From Balanoglossus misakiensis (lineage: Eukaryota > Animalia > Hemichordata), in the NCBI GenBank assembly GCA_040954595.2, contig JBECUI020000029.1, positions 289,333 through 353,332 on the forward strand: a DNA stretch of 64,000 bases, in the 5' to 3' direction. The notes under the pieces were generated by a model, which searched no databases, had not been told where the DNA came from, and saw only the letters and a list, made by a program, of their open reading frames with translations. How positions within the stretch are numbered: the first letter of the stretch is position 1; each line of letters opens with the position of its first letter. The translations under genes were made by a program, and so were the position numbers. Below, in pieces: positions 19,556-32,434 of this stretch.

Positions 19556-22500
19556 AAGTACCTTATATTTTCTGTAAAATAGACATTTAATTGGCAAGCC
19601 GTCCTGCATCAATTATTAATTGTGTACATGCACTAAAGCGCCCTCACTGCTGGGTGTGTTGTATGGTCTTTAACCCTGTTTCAAATTAGAGTACTTTCTG
19701 CAATTTCAAGACAGATCTTACGTGCCATTGGAGAGCTCCATTGACTGGTCATTCATACTGTTTTCATTCATTCATTGCGGCATCAATATATTTTATCTAT
19801 TCTAGCCAAAGAGCTTGGCACCTGTTGAAATGAACTCATCTGCTGTGGGCCAGTTTATTGGTGGCAGTTGAGCTGAGGAGAGCACCTTCCTTCCCGGCAC
19901 GCCACCAAGTAAAGTTCCACGCCGCCCACCACAGATGCCAGCATTCATTCATGCGAGTGAGTGTAATTGCAAATTTGCCTATTCTAGATCTGTAATGGAA
20001 ATGGAGAAAGTACCTTATATTTTCTGTAAAATAGACATTTAATTGGCAAGCCGTCCTGCATCAATTATTAATTGTGTACATGCACTAAAGCGCCCTCACT
20101 GCTGGGTGTGTTGTATGGTCTTTAACCCTGTTTCAAATTAGAGTACTTTCTGCAATTTCAAGACAGATCTTACGTGCCATTGGAGAGCTCCATTGACTGG
20201 TCATTCATACTGTTTTCATTCATTCATTGCGGCATCAATATATTTTATCTATTCTAGCCAAAGAGCTTGGCACCTGTTGAAATGAACTCATCTGCTGTGG
20301 GCCAGTTTATTGGTGGCAGTTGAGCTGAGGAGAGCACCTTCCTTCCCGGCACGCCACCAAGTAAAGTTCCACGCCGCCCACCACAGATGCCAGCATTCAT
20401 TCATGCGAGTGAGTGTAATTGCAAATTTGCCTATTCTAGATCTGTAATGGAAATGGAGAAAGTACCTTATATTTTCTGTAAAATAGACATTTAATTGGCA
20501 AGCCGTCCTGCATCAATTATTAATTGTGTACATGCACTAAAGCGCCCTCACTGCTGGGTGTGTTGTATGGTCTTTAACCCTGTTTCAAATTAGAGTACTT
20601 TCTGCAATTTCAAGACAGATCTTACGTGCCATTGGAGAGCTCCATTGACTGGTCATTCATACTGTTTTCATTCATTCATTGCGGCATCAATATATTTTAT
20701 CTATTCTAGCCAAAGAGCTTGGCACCTGTTGAAATGAACTCATCTGCTGTGGGCCAGTTTATTGGTGGCAGTTGAGCTGAGGAGAGCACCTTCCTTCCCG
20801 GCACGCCACCAAGTAAAGTTCCACGCCGCCCACCACAGATGCCAGCATTCATTCATGCGAGTGAGTGTAATTGCAAATTTGCCTATTCTAGATCTGTAAT
20901 GGAAATGGAGAAAGTACCTTATATTTTCTGTAAAATAGACATTTAATTGGCAAGCCGTCCTGCATCAATTATTAATTGTGTACATGCACTAAAGCGCCCT
21001 CACTGCTGGGTGTGTTGTATGGTCTTTAACCCTGTTTCAAATTAGAGTACTTTCTGCAATTTCAAGACAGATCTTACGTGCCATTGGAGAGCTCCATTGA
21101 CTGGTCATTCATACTGTTTTCATTCATTCATTGCGGCATCAATATATTTTATCTATTCTAGCCAAAGAGCTTGGCACCTGTTGAAATGAACTCATCTGCT
21201 GTGGGCCAGTTTATTGGTGGCAGTTGAGCTGAGGAGAGCACCTTCCTTCCCGGCACGCCACCAAGTAAAGTTCCACGCCGCCCACCACAGATGCCAGCAT
21301 TCATTCATGCGAGTGAGTGTAATTGCAAATTTGCCTATTCTAGATCTGTAATGGAAATGGAGAAAGTACCTTATATTTTCTGTAAAATAGACATTTAATT
21401 GGCAAGCCGTCCTGCATCAATTATTAATTGTGTACATGCACTAAAGCGCCCTCACTGCTGGGTGTGTTGTATGGTCTTTAACCCTGTTTCAAATTAGAGT
21501 ACTTTCTGCAATTTCAAGACAGATCTTACGTGCCATTGGAGAGCTCCATTGACTGGTCATTCATACTGTTTTCATTCATTCATTGCGGCATCAATATATT
21601 TTATCTATTCTAGCCAAAGAGCTTGGCACCTGTTGAAATGAACTCATCTGCTGTGGGCCAGTTTATTGGTGGCAGTTGAGCTGAGGAGAGCACCTTCCTT
21701 CCCGGCACGCCACCAAGTAAAGTTCCACGCCGCCCACCACAGATGCCAGCATTCATTCATGCGAGTGAGTGTAATTGCAAATTTGCCTATTCTAGATCTG
21801 TAATGGAAATGGAGAAAGTACCTTATATTTTCTGTAAAATAGACATTTAATTGGCAAGCCGTCCTGCATCAATTATTAATTGTGTACATGCACTAAAGCG
21901 CCCTCACTGCTGGGTGTGTTGTATGGTCTTTAACCCTGTTTCAAATTAGAGTACTTTCTGCAATTTCAAGACAGATCTTACGTGCCATTGGAGAGCTCCA
22001 TTGACTGGTCATTCATACTGTTTTCATTCATTCATTGCGGCATCAATATATTTTATCTATTCTAGCCAAAGAGCTTGGCACCTGTTGAAATGAACTCATC
22101 TGCTGTGGGCCAGTTTATTGGTGGCAGTTGAGCTGAGGAGAGCACCTTCTTTCCCGGCACGCCACCAAGTAAAGTTCCACGCCGCCCACCACAGATGCCA
22201 GCATTCATTCATGCGAGTGAGTGTAATTGCAAATTTGCCTATTTACGTGCCATTGGAGAGCTCCATTGACTGGTCATTCATACTGTTTTCATTCATTCAT
22301 TGCGGCATCAATATATTTTATCTATTCTAGCCAAAGAGCTTGGCACCTGTTGAAATGAACTCATCTGCTGTGGGCCAGTTTATTGGTGGCAGTTGAGCTG
22401 AGGAGAGCACCTTCCTTCCCGGCACGCCACCAAGTAAAGTTCCACGCCGCCCACCACAGATGCCAGCATTCATTCATGCGAGTGAGTGTAATTGCAAATT

Positions 22501-25500
22501 TGCCTATTCTAGATCTGTAATGGAAATGGAGAAAGTACCTTATATTTTCTGTAAAATAGACATTTAATTGGCAAGCCGTCCTGCATCAATTATTAATTGT
22601 GTACATGCACTAAAGCGCCCTCACTGCTGGGTGTGTTGTATGGTCTTTAACCCTGTTTCAAATTAGAGTACTTTCTGCAATTTCAAGACAGATCTTACGT
22701 GCCATTGGAGAGCTCCATTGACTGGTCATTCATACTGTTTTCATTCATTCATTGCGGCATCAATATATTTTATCTATTCTAGCCAAAGAGCTTGGCACCT
22801 GTTGAAATGAACTCATCTGCTGTGGGCCAGTTTATTGGTGGCAGTTGAGCTGAGGAGAGCACCTTCCTTCCCGGCACGCCACCAAGTAAAGTTCCACGCC
22901 GCCCACCACAGATGCCAGCATTCATTCATGCGAGTGAGTGTAATTGCAAATTTGCCTATTCTAGAATTCTTACGTGCCATTGGAGAGCTCCATTGACTGG
23001 TCATTCATACTGTTTTCATTCATTCATTGCGGCATCAATATATTTTATCTATTCTAGCCAAAGAGCTTGGCACCTGTTGAAATGAACTCATCTGCTGTGG
23101 GCCAGTTTATTGGTGGCAGTTGAGCTGAGGAGAGCACCTTCCTTCCCGGCACGCCACCAAGTAAAGTTCCACGCCGCCCACCACAGATGCCAGCATTCAT
23201 TCATGCGAGTGAGTGTAATTGCAAATTTGCCTATTCTAGATCTGTAATGGAAATGGAGAAAGTACCTTATATTTTCTGTAAAATAGACATTTAATTGGCA
23301 AGCCGTCCTGCATCAATTATTAATTGTGTACATGCACTAAAGCGCCCTCACTGCTGGGTGTGTTGTATGGTCTTTAACCCTGTTTCAAATTAGAGTACTT
23401 TCTGCAATTTCAAGACAGATCTTACGTGCCATTGGAGAGCTCCATTGACTGGTCATTCATACTGTTTTCATTCATTCATTGCGGCATCAATATATTTTAT
23501 CTATTCTAGCCAAAGAGCTTGGCACCTGTTGAAATGAACTCATCTGCTGTGGGCCAGTTTATTGGTGGCAGTTGAGCTGAGGAGAGCACCTTCTTTCCCG
23601 GCACGCCACCAAGTAAAGTTCCACGCCGCCCACCACAGATGCCAGCATTCATTCATGCGAGTGAGTGTAATTGCAAATTTGCCTATTCTAGAATCTTACG
23701 TGCCATTGGAGAGCTCCATTGACTGGTCATTCATACTGTTTTCATTCATTCATTGCGGCATCAATATATTTTATCTATTCTAGCCAAAGAGCTTGGCACC
23801 TGTTGAAATGAACTCATCTGCTGTGGGCCAGTTTATTGGTGGCAGTTGAGCTGAGGAGAGCACCTTCTTTCCCGGCACGCCACCAAGTAAAGTTCCACGC
23901 CGCCCACCACAGATGCCAGCATTCATTCATGCGAGTGAGTGTAATTGCAAATTTGCCTATTTACGTGCCATTGGAGAGCTCCATTGACTGGTCATTCATA
24001 CTGTTTTCATTCATTCATTGCGGCATCAATATATTTTATCTATTCTAGCCAAAGAGCTTGGCACCTGTTGAAATGAACTCATCTGCTGTGGGCCAGTTTA
24101 TTGGTGGCAGTTGAGCTGAGGAGAGCACCTTCCTTCCCGGCACGCCACCAAGTAAAGTTCCACGCCGCCCACCACAGATGCCAGCATTCATTCATGCGAG
24201 TGAGTGTAATTGCAAATTTGCCTATTCTAGATCTGTAATGGAAATGGAGAAAGTACCTTATATTTTCTGTAAAATAGACATTTAATTGGCAAGCCGTCCT
24301 GCATCAATTATTAATTGTGTACATGCACTAAAGCGCCCTCACTGCTGGGTGTGTTGTATGGTCTTTAACCCTGTTTCAAATTAGAGTACTTTCTGCAATT
24401 TCAAGACAGATCTTACGTGCCATTGGAGAGCTCCATTGACTGGTCATTCATACTGTTTTCATTCATTCATTGCGGCATCAATATATTTTATCTATTCTAG
24501 CCAAAGAGCTTGGCACCTGTTGAAATGAACTCATCTGCTGTGGGCCAGTTTATTGGTGGCAGTTGAGCTGAGGAGAGCACCTTCTTTCCCGGCACGCCAC
24601 CAAGTAAAGTTCCACGCCGCCCACCACAGATGCCAGCATTCATTCATGCGAGTGAGTGTAATTGCAAATTTGCCTATTCTAGAATCTTACGTGCCATTGG
24701 AGAGCTCCATTGACTGGTCATTCATACTGTTTTCATTCATTCATTGCGGCATCAATATATTTTATCTATTCTAGCCAAAGAGCTTGGCACCTGTTGAAAT
24801 GAACTCATCTGCTGTGGGCCAGTTTATTGGTGGCAGTTGAGCTGAGGAGAGCACCTTCTTTCCCGGCACGCCACCAAGTAAAGTTCCACGCCGCCCACCA
24901 CAGATGCCAGCATTCATTCATGCGAGTGAGTGTAATTGCAAATTTGCCTATTCTAGAATCTTACGTGCCATTGGAGAGCTCCATTGACTGGTCATTCATA
25001 CTGTTTTCATTCATTCATTGCGGCATCAATATATTTTATCTATTCTAGCCAAAGAGCTTGGCACCTGTTGAAATGAACTCATCTGCTGTGGGCCAGTTTA
25101 TTGGTGGCAGTTGAGCTGAGGAGAGCACCTTCCTTCCCGGCACGCCACCAAGTAAAGTTCCACGCCGCCCACCACAGATGCCAGCATTCATTCATGCGAG
25201 TGAGTGTAATTGCAAATTTGCCTATTCTAGAATCTTACGTGCCATTGGAGAGCTCCATTGACTGGTCATTCATACTGTTTTCATTCATTCATTGCGGCAT
25301 CAATATATTTTATCTATTCTAGCCAAAGAGCTTGGCACCTGTTGAAATGAACTCATCTGCTGTGGGCCAGTTTATTGGTGGCAGTTGAGCTGAGGAGAGC
25401 ACCTTCCTTCCCGGCACGCCACCAAGTAAAGTTCCACGCCGCCCACCACAGATGCCAGCATTCATTCATGCGAGTGAGTGTAATTGCAAATTTGCCTATT

Positions 25501-28500
25501 CTAGAATCTTACGTGCCATTGGAGAGCTCCATTGACTGGTCATTCATACTGTTTTCATTCATTCATTGCGGCATCAATATATTTTATCTATTCTAGCCGA
25601 AGAGCTTGGCACCTGTTGAAATGAACTCATCTGCTGTGGGCCAGTTTATTGGTGGCAGTTGAGCTGAGGAGAGCACCTTCCTTCCCGGCACGCCACCAAG
25701 TAAAGTTCCACGCCGCCCACCACAGATGCCAGCATTCATTCATGCGAGTGAGTGTAATTGCAAATTTGCCTATTCTAGATCTGTAATGGAAATGGAGAAA
25801 GTACCTTATATTTTCTGTAAAATAGACATTTAATTGGCAAGCCGTCCTGCATCAATTATTAATTGTGTACATGCACTAAAGCGCCCTCACTGCTGGGTGT
25901 GTTGTATGGTCTTTAACCCTGTTTCAAATTAGAGTACTTTCTGCAATTTCAAGACAGATCTTACGTGCCATTGGAGAGCTCCATTGACTGGTCATTCATA
26001 CTGTTTTCATTCATTCATTGCGGCATCAATATATTTTATCTATTCTAGCCAAAGAGCTTGGCACCTGTTGAAATGAACTCATCTGCTGTGGGCCAGTTTA
26101 TTGGTGGCAGTTGAGCTGAGGAGAGCACCTTCCTTCCCGGCACGCCACCAAGTAAAGTTCCACGCCGCCCACCACAGATGCCAGCATTCATTCATGCGAG
26201 TGAGTGTAATTGCAAATTTGCCTATTCTAGATTCTTACGTGCCATTGGAGAGCTCCATTGACTGGTCATTCATACTGTTTTCATTCATTCATTGCGGCAT
26301 CAATATATTTTATCTATTCTAGCCAAAGAGCTTGGCACCTGTTGAAATGAACTCATCTGCTGTGGGCCAGTTTATTGGTGGCAGTTGAGCTGAGGAGAGC
26401 ACCTTCCTTCCCGGCACGCCACCAAGTAAAGTTCCACGCCGCCCACCACAGATGCCAGCATTCATTCATGCGAGTGAGTGTAATTGCAAATTTGCCTATT
26501 CTAGAATCTTACGTGCCATTGGAGAGCTCCATTGACTGGTCATTCATACTGTTTTCATTCATTCATTGCGGCATCAATATATTTTATCTATTCTAGCCAA
26601 AGAGCTTGGCACCTGTTGAAATGAACTCATCTGCTGTGGGCCAGTTTATTGGTGGCAGTTGAGCTGAGGAGAGCACCTTCCTTCCCGGCACGCCACCAAG
26701 TAAAGTTCCACGCCGCCCACCACAGATGCCAGCATTCATTCATGCGAGTGAGTGTAATTGCAAATTTGCCTATTCTAGATCTGTAATGGAAATGGAGAAA
26801 GTACCTTATATTTTCTGTAAAATAGACATTTAATTGGCAAGCCGTCCTGCATCAATTATTAATTGTGTACATGCACTAAAGCGCCCTCACTGCTGGGTGT
26901 GTTGTATGGTCTTTAACCCTGTTTCAAATTAGAGTACTTTCTGCAATTTCAAGACAGATCTTACGTGCCATTGGAGAGCTCCATTGACTGGTCATTCATA
27001 CTGTTTTCATTCATTCATTGCGGCATCAATATATTTTATCTATTCTAGCCAAAGAGCTTGGCACCTGTTGAAATGAACTCATCTGCTGTGGGCCAGTTTA
27101 TTGGTGGCAGTTGAGCTGAGGAGAGCACCTTCCTTCCCGGCACGCCACCAAGTAAAGTTCCACGCCGCCCACCACAGATGCCAGCATTCATTCATGCGAG
27201 TGAGTGTAATTGCAAATTTGCCTATTCTAGATCTGTAATGGAAATGGAGAAAGTACCTTATATTTTCTGTAAAATAGACATTTAATTGGCAAGCCGTCCT
27301 GCATCAATTATTAATTGTGTACATGCACTAAAGCGCCCTCACTGCTGGGTGTGTTGTATGGTCTTTAACCCTGTTTCAAATTAGAGTACTTTCTGCAATT
27401 TCAAGACAGATCTTACGTGCCATTGGAGAGCTCCATTGACTGGTCATTCATACTGTTTTCATTCATTCATTGCGGCATCAATATATTTTATCTATTCTAG
27501 CCAAAGAGCTTGGCACCTGTTGAAATGAACTCATCTGCTGTGGGCCAGTTTATTGGTGGCAGTTGAGCTGAGGAGAGCACCTTCCTTCCCGGCACGCCAC
27601 CAAGTAAAGTTCCACGCCGCCCACCACAGATGCCAGCATTCATTCATGCGAGTGAGTGTAATTGCAAATTTGCCTATTCTAGATCTGTAATGGAAATGGA
27701 GAAAGTACCTTATATTTTCTGTAAAATAGACATTTAATTGGCAAGCCGTCCTGCATCAATTATTAATTGTGTACATGCACTAAAGCGCCCTCACTGCTGG
27801 GTGTGTTGTATGGTCTTTAACCCTGTTTCAAATTAGAGTACTTTCTGCAATTTCAAGACAGATCTTACGTGCCATTGGAGAGCTCCATTGACTGGTCATT
27901 CATACTGTTTTCATTCATTCATTGCGGCATCAATATATTTTATCTATTCTAGCCAAAGAGCTTGGCACCTGTTGAAATGAACTCATCTGCTGTGGGCCAG
28001 TTTATTGGTGGCAGTTGAGCTGAGGAGAGCACCTTCCTTCCCGGCACGCCACCAAGTAAAGTTCCACGCCGCCCACCACAGATGCCAGCATTCATTCATG
28101 CGAGTGAGTGTAATTGCAAATTTGCCTATTCTAGATCTGTAATGGAAATGGAGAAAGTACCTTATATTTTCTGTAAAATAGACATTTAATTGGCAAGCCG
28201 TCCTGCATCAATTATTAATTGTGTACATGCACTAAAGCGCCCTCACTGCTGGGTGTGTTGTATGGTCTTTAACCCTGTTTCAAATTAGAGTACTTTCTGC
28301 AATTTCAAGACAGATCTTACGTGCCATTGGAGAGCTCCATTGACTGGTCATTCATACTGTTTTCATTCATTCATTGCGGCATCAATATATTTTATCTATT
28401 CTAGCCAAAGAGCTTGGCACCTGTTGAAATGAACTCATCTGCTGTGGGCCAGTTTATTGGTGGCAGTTGAGCTGAGGAGAGCACCTTCCTTCCCGGCACG

Positions 28501-30141
28501 CCACCAAGTAAAGTTCCACGCCGCCCACCACAGATGCCAGCATTCATTCATGCGAGTGAGTGTAATTGCAAATTTGCCTATTCTAGATCTGTAATGGAAA
28601 TGGAGAAAGTACCTTATATTTTCTGTAAAATAGACATTTAATTGGCAAGCCGTCCTGCATCAATTATTAATTGTGTACATGCACTAAAGCGCCCTCACTG
28701 CTGGGTGTGTTGTATGGTCTTTAACCCTGTTTCAAATTAGAGTACTTTCTGCAATTTCAAGACAGATCTTACGTGCCATTGGAGAGCTCCATTGACTGGT
28801 CATTCATACTGTTTTCATTCATTCATTGCGGCATCAATATATTTTATCTATTCTAGCCAAAGAGCTTGGCACCTGTTGAAATGAACTCATCTGCTGTGGG
28901 CCAGTTTATTGGTGGCAGTTGAGCTGAGGAGAGCACCTTCCTTCCCGGCACGCCACCAAGTAAAGTTCCACGCCGCCCACCACAGATGCCAGCATTCATT
29001 CATGCGAGTGAGTGTAATTGCAAATTTGCCTATTCTAGATCTGTAATGGAAATGGAGAAAGTACCTTATATTTTCTGTAAAATAGACATTTAATTGGCAA
29101 GCCGTCCTGCATCAATTATTAATTGTGTACATGCACTAAAGCGCCCTCACTGCTGGGTGTGTTGTATGGTCTTTAACCCTGTTTCAAATTAGAGTACTTT
29201 CTGCAATTTCAAGACAGATCTTACGTGCCATTGGAGAGCTCCATTGACTGGTCATTCATACTGTTTTCATTCATTCATTGCGGCATCAATATATTTTATC
29301 TATTCTAGCCAAAGAGCTTGGCACCTGTTGAAATGAACTCATCTGCTGTGGGCCAGTTTATTGGTGGCAGTTGAGCTGAGGAGAGCACCTTCTTTCCCGG
29401 CACGCCACCAAGTAAAGTTCCACGCCGCCCACCACAGATGCCAGCATTCATTCATGCGAGTGAGTGTAATTGCAAATTTGCCTATTTACGTGCCATTGGA
29501 GAGCTCCATTGACTGGTCATTCATACTGTTTTCATTCATTCATTGCGGCATCAATATATTTTATCTATTCTAGCCAAAGAGCTTGGCACCTGTTGAAATG
29601 AACTCATCTGCTGTGGGCCAGTTTATTGGTGGCAGTTGAGCTGAGGAGAGCACCTTCCTTCCCGGCACGCCACCAAGTAAAGTTCCACGCCGCCCACCAC
29701 AGATGCCAGCATTCATTCATGCGAGTGAGTGTAATTGCAAATTTGCCTATTCTAGATCTGTAATGGAAATGGAGAAAGTACCTTATATTTTCTGTAAAAT
29801 AGACATTTAATTGGCAAGCCGTCCTGCATCAATTATTAATTGTGTACATGCACTAAAGCGCCCTCACTGCTGGGTGTGTTGTATGGTCTTTAACCCTGTT
29901 TCAAATTAGAGTACTTTCTGCAATTTCAAGACAGATCTTACGTGCCATTGGAGAGCTCCATTGACTGGTCATTCATACTGTTTTCATTCATTCATTGCGG
30001 CATCAATATATTTTATCTATTCTAGCCAAAGAGCTTGGCACCTGTTGAAATGAACTCATCTGCTGTGGGCCAGTTTATTGGTGGCAGTTGAGCTGAGGAG
30101 AGCACCTTCCTTCCCGGCACGCCACCAAGTAAAGTTCCACG
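19556..30141 (+). repeat. Satellite array block 2
   Basis: Same monomers. Begins mid-monomer at AAGTACCTTATA (19556) and ends at AAAGTTCCACG (30141). Confidence 0.99.
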
Positions 30142-30528
30142 TGCATTCCTGGCCCTGGTTTTATTTATGTTTACAGACAATATTGCATTTTTGTACAAGT
30201 ATTTTAATCAACTATAAATTTTGAATGTGTCATTTACCTGAACCGGTCATGTTGACCAGAATGATACATTTCTGCCTTCACTCACCCTATAAATATGTGA
30301 TTGAGACATAGGTCATTTGCATAAGCTAACATACCAGAAAGTAAGCATATCTGTTGTTTTCCCTGTGTCACTGCCATCAAAGTAAAAATTAGACGTTGTG
30401 TAGAGCAAACTCCAATTTTTTGTTCTCAATAAACATGGATGAATTACATAGAATGTGTTTGTTGTTTACAGTCTTTAAATGACACATTAGATTATGCACT
30501 TTACAAAACGTTTCTGAGAAACAAGTGA

Positions 30529-31023
30529 CTAACTAGTTTCTTTCCACTGTGGCCAACGTGGTTCACTGTTTGTGTCAGAATCTCTCTGTTTTGCAAGGAT
30601 TTTGAAATCATAGTGGTGACATGCATAGTGAAAATCAGCTACTTTCAAATGTCCGTCATGTTCATGCTGTAATTGAATTTTCAAAGCTGGGCTGGCGTGT
30701 TTTTTCTTATTTACATAAGTATCACACTTTATACATGTATCTTCATGGGGTTTTTTGAGTCCCGTATTTAGGTCCTCTCTCACAATTTTACGAAATATCG
30801 TATAACTGACAGTTGTTCTTCCCAGAAGAGATTGGTTGGTTATGAACTCTCGGTGTAACTGCGATATACTGTGGGCCGGCGCCAGGTACGGTTTAAATCG
30901 AGGATTCCTGCAGTAGTGAGATTCTACAATTCTGTGCCTGCGTACGTGTTCAGTGATATCAGTCAGCAAATTTGGATTGAGTTTCCGACGATGCCCTTTG
31001 TGTCGGCCCCTTGCATCTGGCAT
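30529..31023 (-). pseudogene. 5'-truncated duplicate of transposase N-half, copy 2
   Basis: Same as 11785-12279, offset 18744. Confidence 0.85.
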
Positions 31024-31430
31024 CAGACCAGTAAAGTTCCATGTGCATTCCTGGCCCTGGTTTTATTTATGTTTACAGACAATATTGCATTTTTGTACAA
31101 GTATTTTAATCAACTATAAATTTTGAATGTGTCATTTACCTGAACCGGTCATGTTGACCAGAATGATACATTTCTGCCTTCACTCACCCTATAAATATGT
31201 GATTGAGACATAGGTCATTTGCATAAGCTAACATACCAGAAAGTAAGCATATCTGATGTTTTCCCTGTGTCACTGCCATCAAAGTAAAAATTAGACGTTG
31301 TGTAGAGCAAACTCCAATTTTTTGTTCTCAATAAACATGGATGAATTACATAGAATGTGTTTGTTGTTTACAGTCTTTAAATGACACATTAGATTATGCA
31401 CTTTACAAAACGTTTCTGAGAAACAAGTGA

Positions 31431-32387
31431 CTAACTAGTTTCTTTCCACTGTGGCCAACGTGGTTCACTGTTTGTGTCAGAATCTCTCTGTTTTGCAAGG
31501 ATTTTGAAATCATAGTGGTGACATGCATAGTGAAAATCAGCTACTTTCAAATGTCCGTCATGTTCATGCTGTAATTGAATTTTCAAAGCTGGGCTGGCGT
31601 GTTTTTTCTTATTTACATAAGTATCACACTTTATACATGTATCTTCATGGGGTTTTCTGAGTCCCGTATTTAGGTCCTCTCTCACAATTTTACGAAATAT
31701 CGTATAACTGACAGTTGTTCTTCCCAGAAGAGATTGGTTGGTTATGAACTCTCGGTGTAACTGCGATATACTGTGGTCCGGTGCCAGGTACGGTTTAAAT
31801 CGAGGATTCCTGCAGTAGTGAGATTCTACAATTCTGTGCCTGCGTACGTGTTCAGTGATATCAGTCAGCAAATTTGGATTGAGTTTCCGACGATGCCCTT
31901 TGTGTCGGCCCCTTGCATCTGGCATCAGACCAGTTGAACAGTGCATCATTTTGCTTAGAACGGTTCTAGTCCGCCTCTCACTAATGCCAAATAATTTCAG
32001 GAATGCATTTTTGCAGACAGTAACCGTTTCACCGCCTTCATTCACCAGGTGATAACGAACCGATTTCTTGTGTGACTTCATCTGCATATCCATCAGTTTG
32101 TAGAGCATCAAGTTCTGTTCATTATACACGCGACCATCAAAATATTTTCTCGTGGTGCCTAAAACATGCGTACTCCCAAGCTTCCGCATACAATTCCCTT
32201 GAACGCAGGCGCATTCCAAGGAAAGACTGTCAATATCTGGAAAAGGGCGATTTTTCCTTGGTTTTTGTCTCGGACACGTCTTTTTAGAATTCCTACGTGG
32301 CTTGTTGGCTCGAGCTGACAGTTCGGTTCTGCGTTGCTGCCACACAGGAATGGGTTCCCACGCATAAGCAACTCCCCGGCAGGCCAT
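31431..32387 (-). CDS. Transposase N-terminal half, copy 2
   Basis: Same as copy 1 except one L>M change (GNCLRK/GNCMRK). Confidence 0.8.
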   Translation of the reverse strand: MACRGVAYAWEPIPVWQQRRTELSARANKPRRNSKKTCPRQKPRKNRPFPDIDSLSLECACVQGNCMRKLGSTHVLGTTRKYFDGRVYNEQNLMLYKLMDMQMKSHKKSVRYHLVNEGGETVTVCKNAFLKLFGISERRTRTVLSKMMHCSTGLMPDARGRHKGHRRKLNPNLLTDITEHVRRHRIVESHYCRNPRFKPYLAPDHSISQLHREFITNQSLLGRTTVSYTIFRKIVREDLNTGLRKPHEDTCIKCDTYVNKKKHASPALKIQLQHEHDGHLKVADFHYACHHYDFKILAKQRDSDTNSEPRWPQWKETS

Positions 32388-32434
32388 GGTCACAGCTGAA
32401 GTATTTGTTCAAGTACTGACTGACTAAACGCGGC

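Noticed and set aside
22813-23004. 63-aa minus-strand ORFs (MTSQWSSP...)
   Set aside because: By-product of the 275-bp junction variant, with no independent coding evidence.
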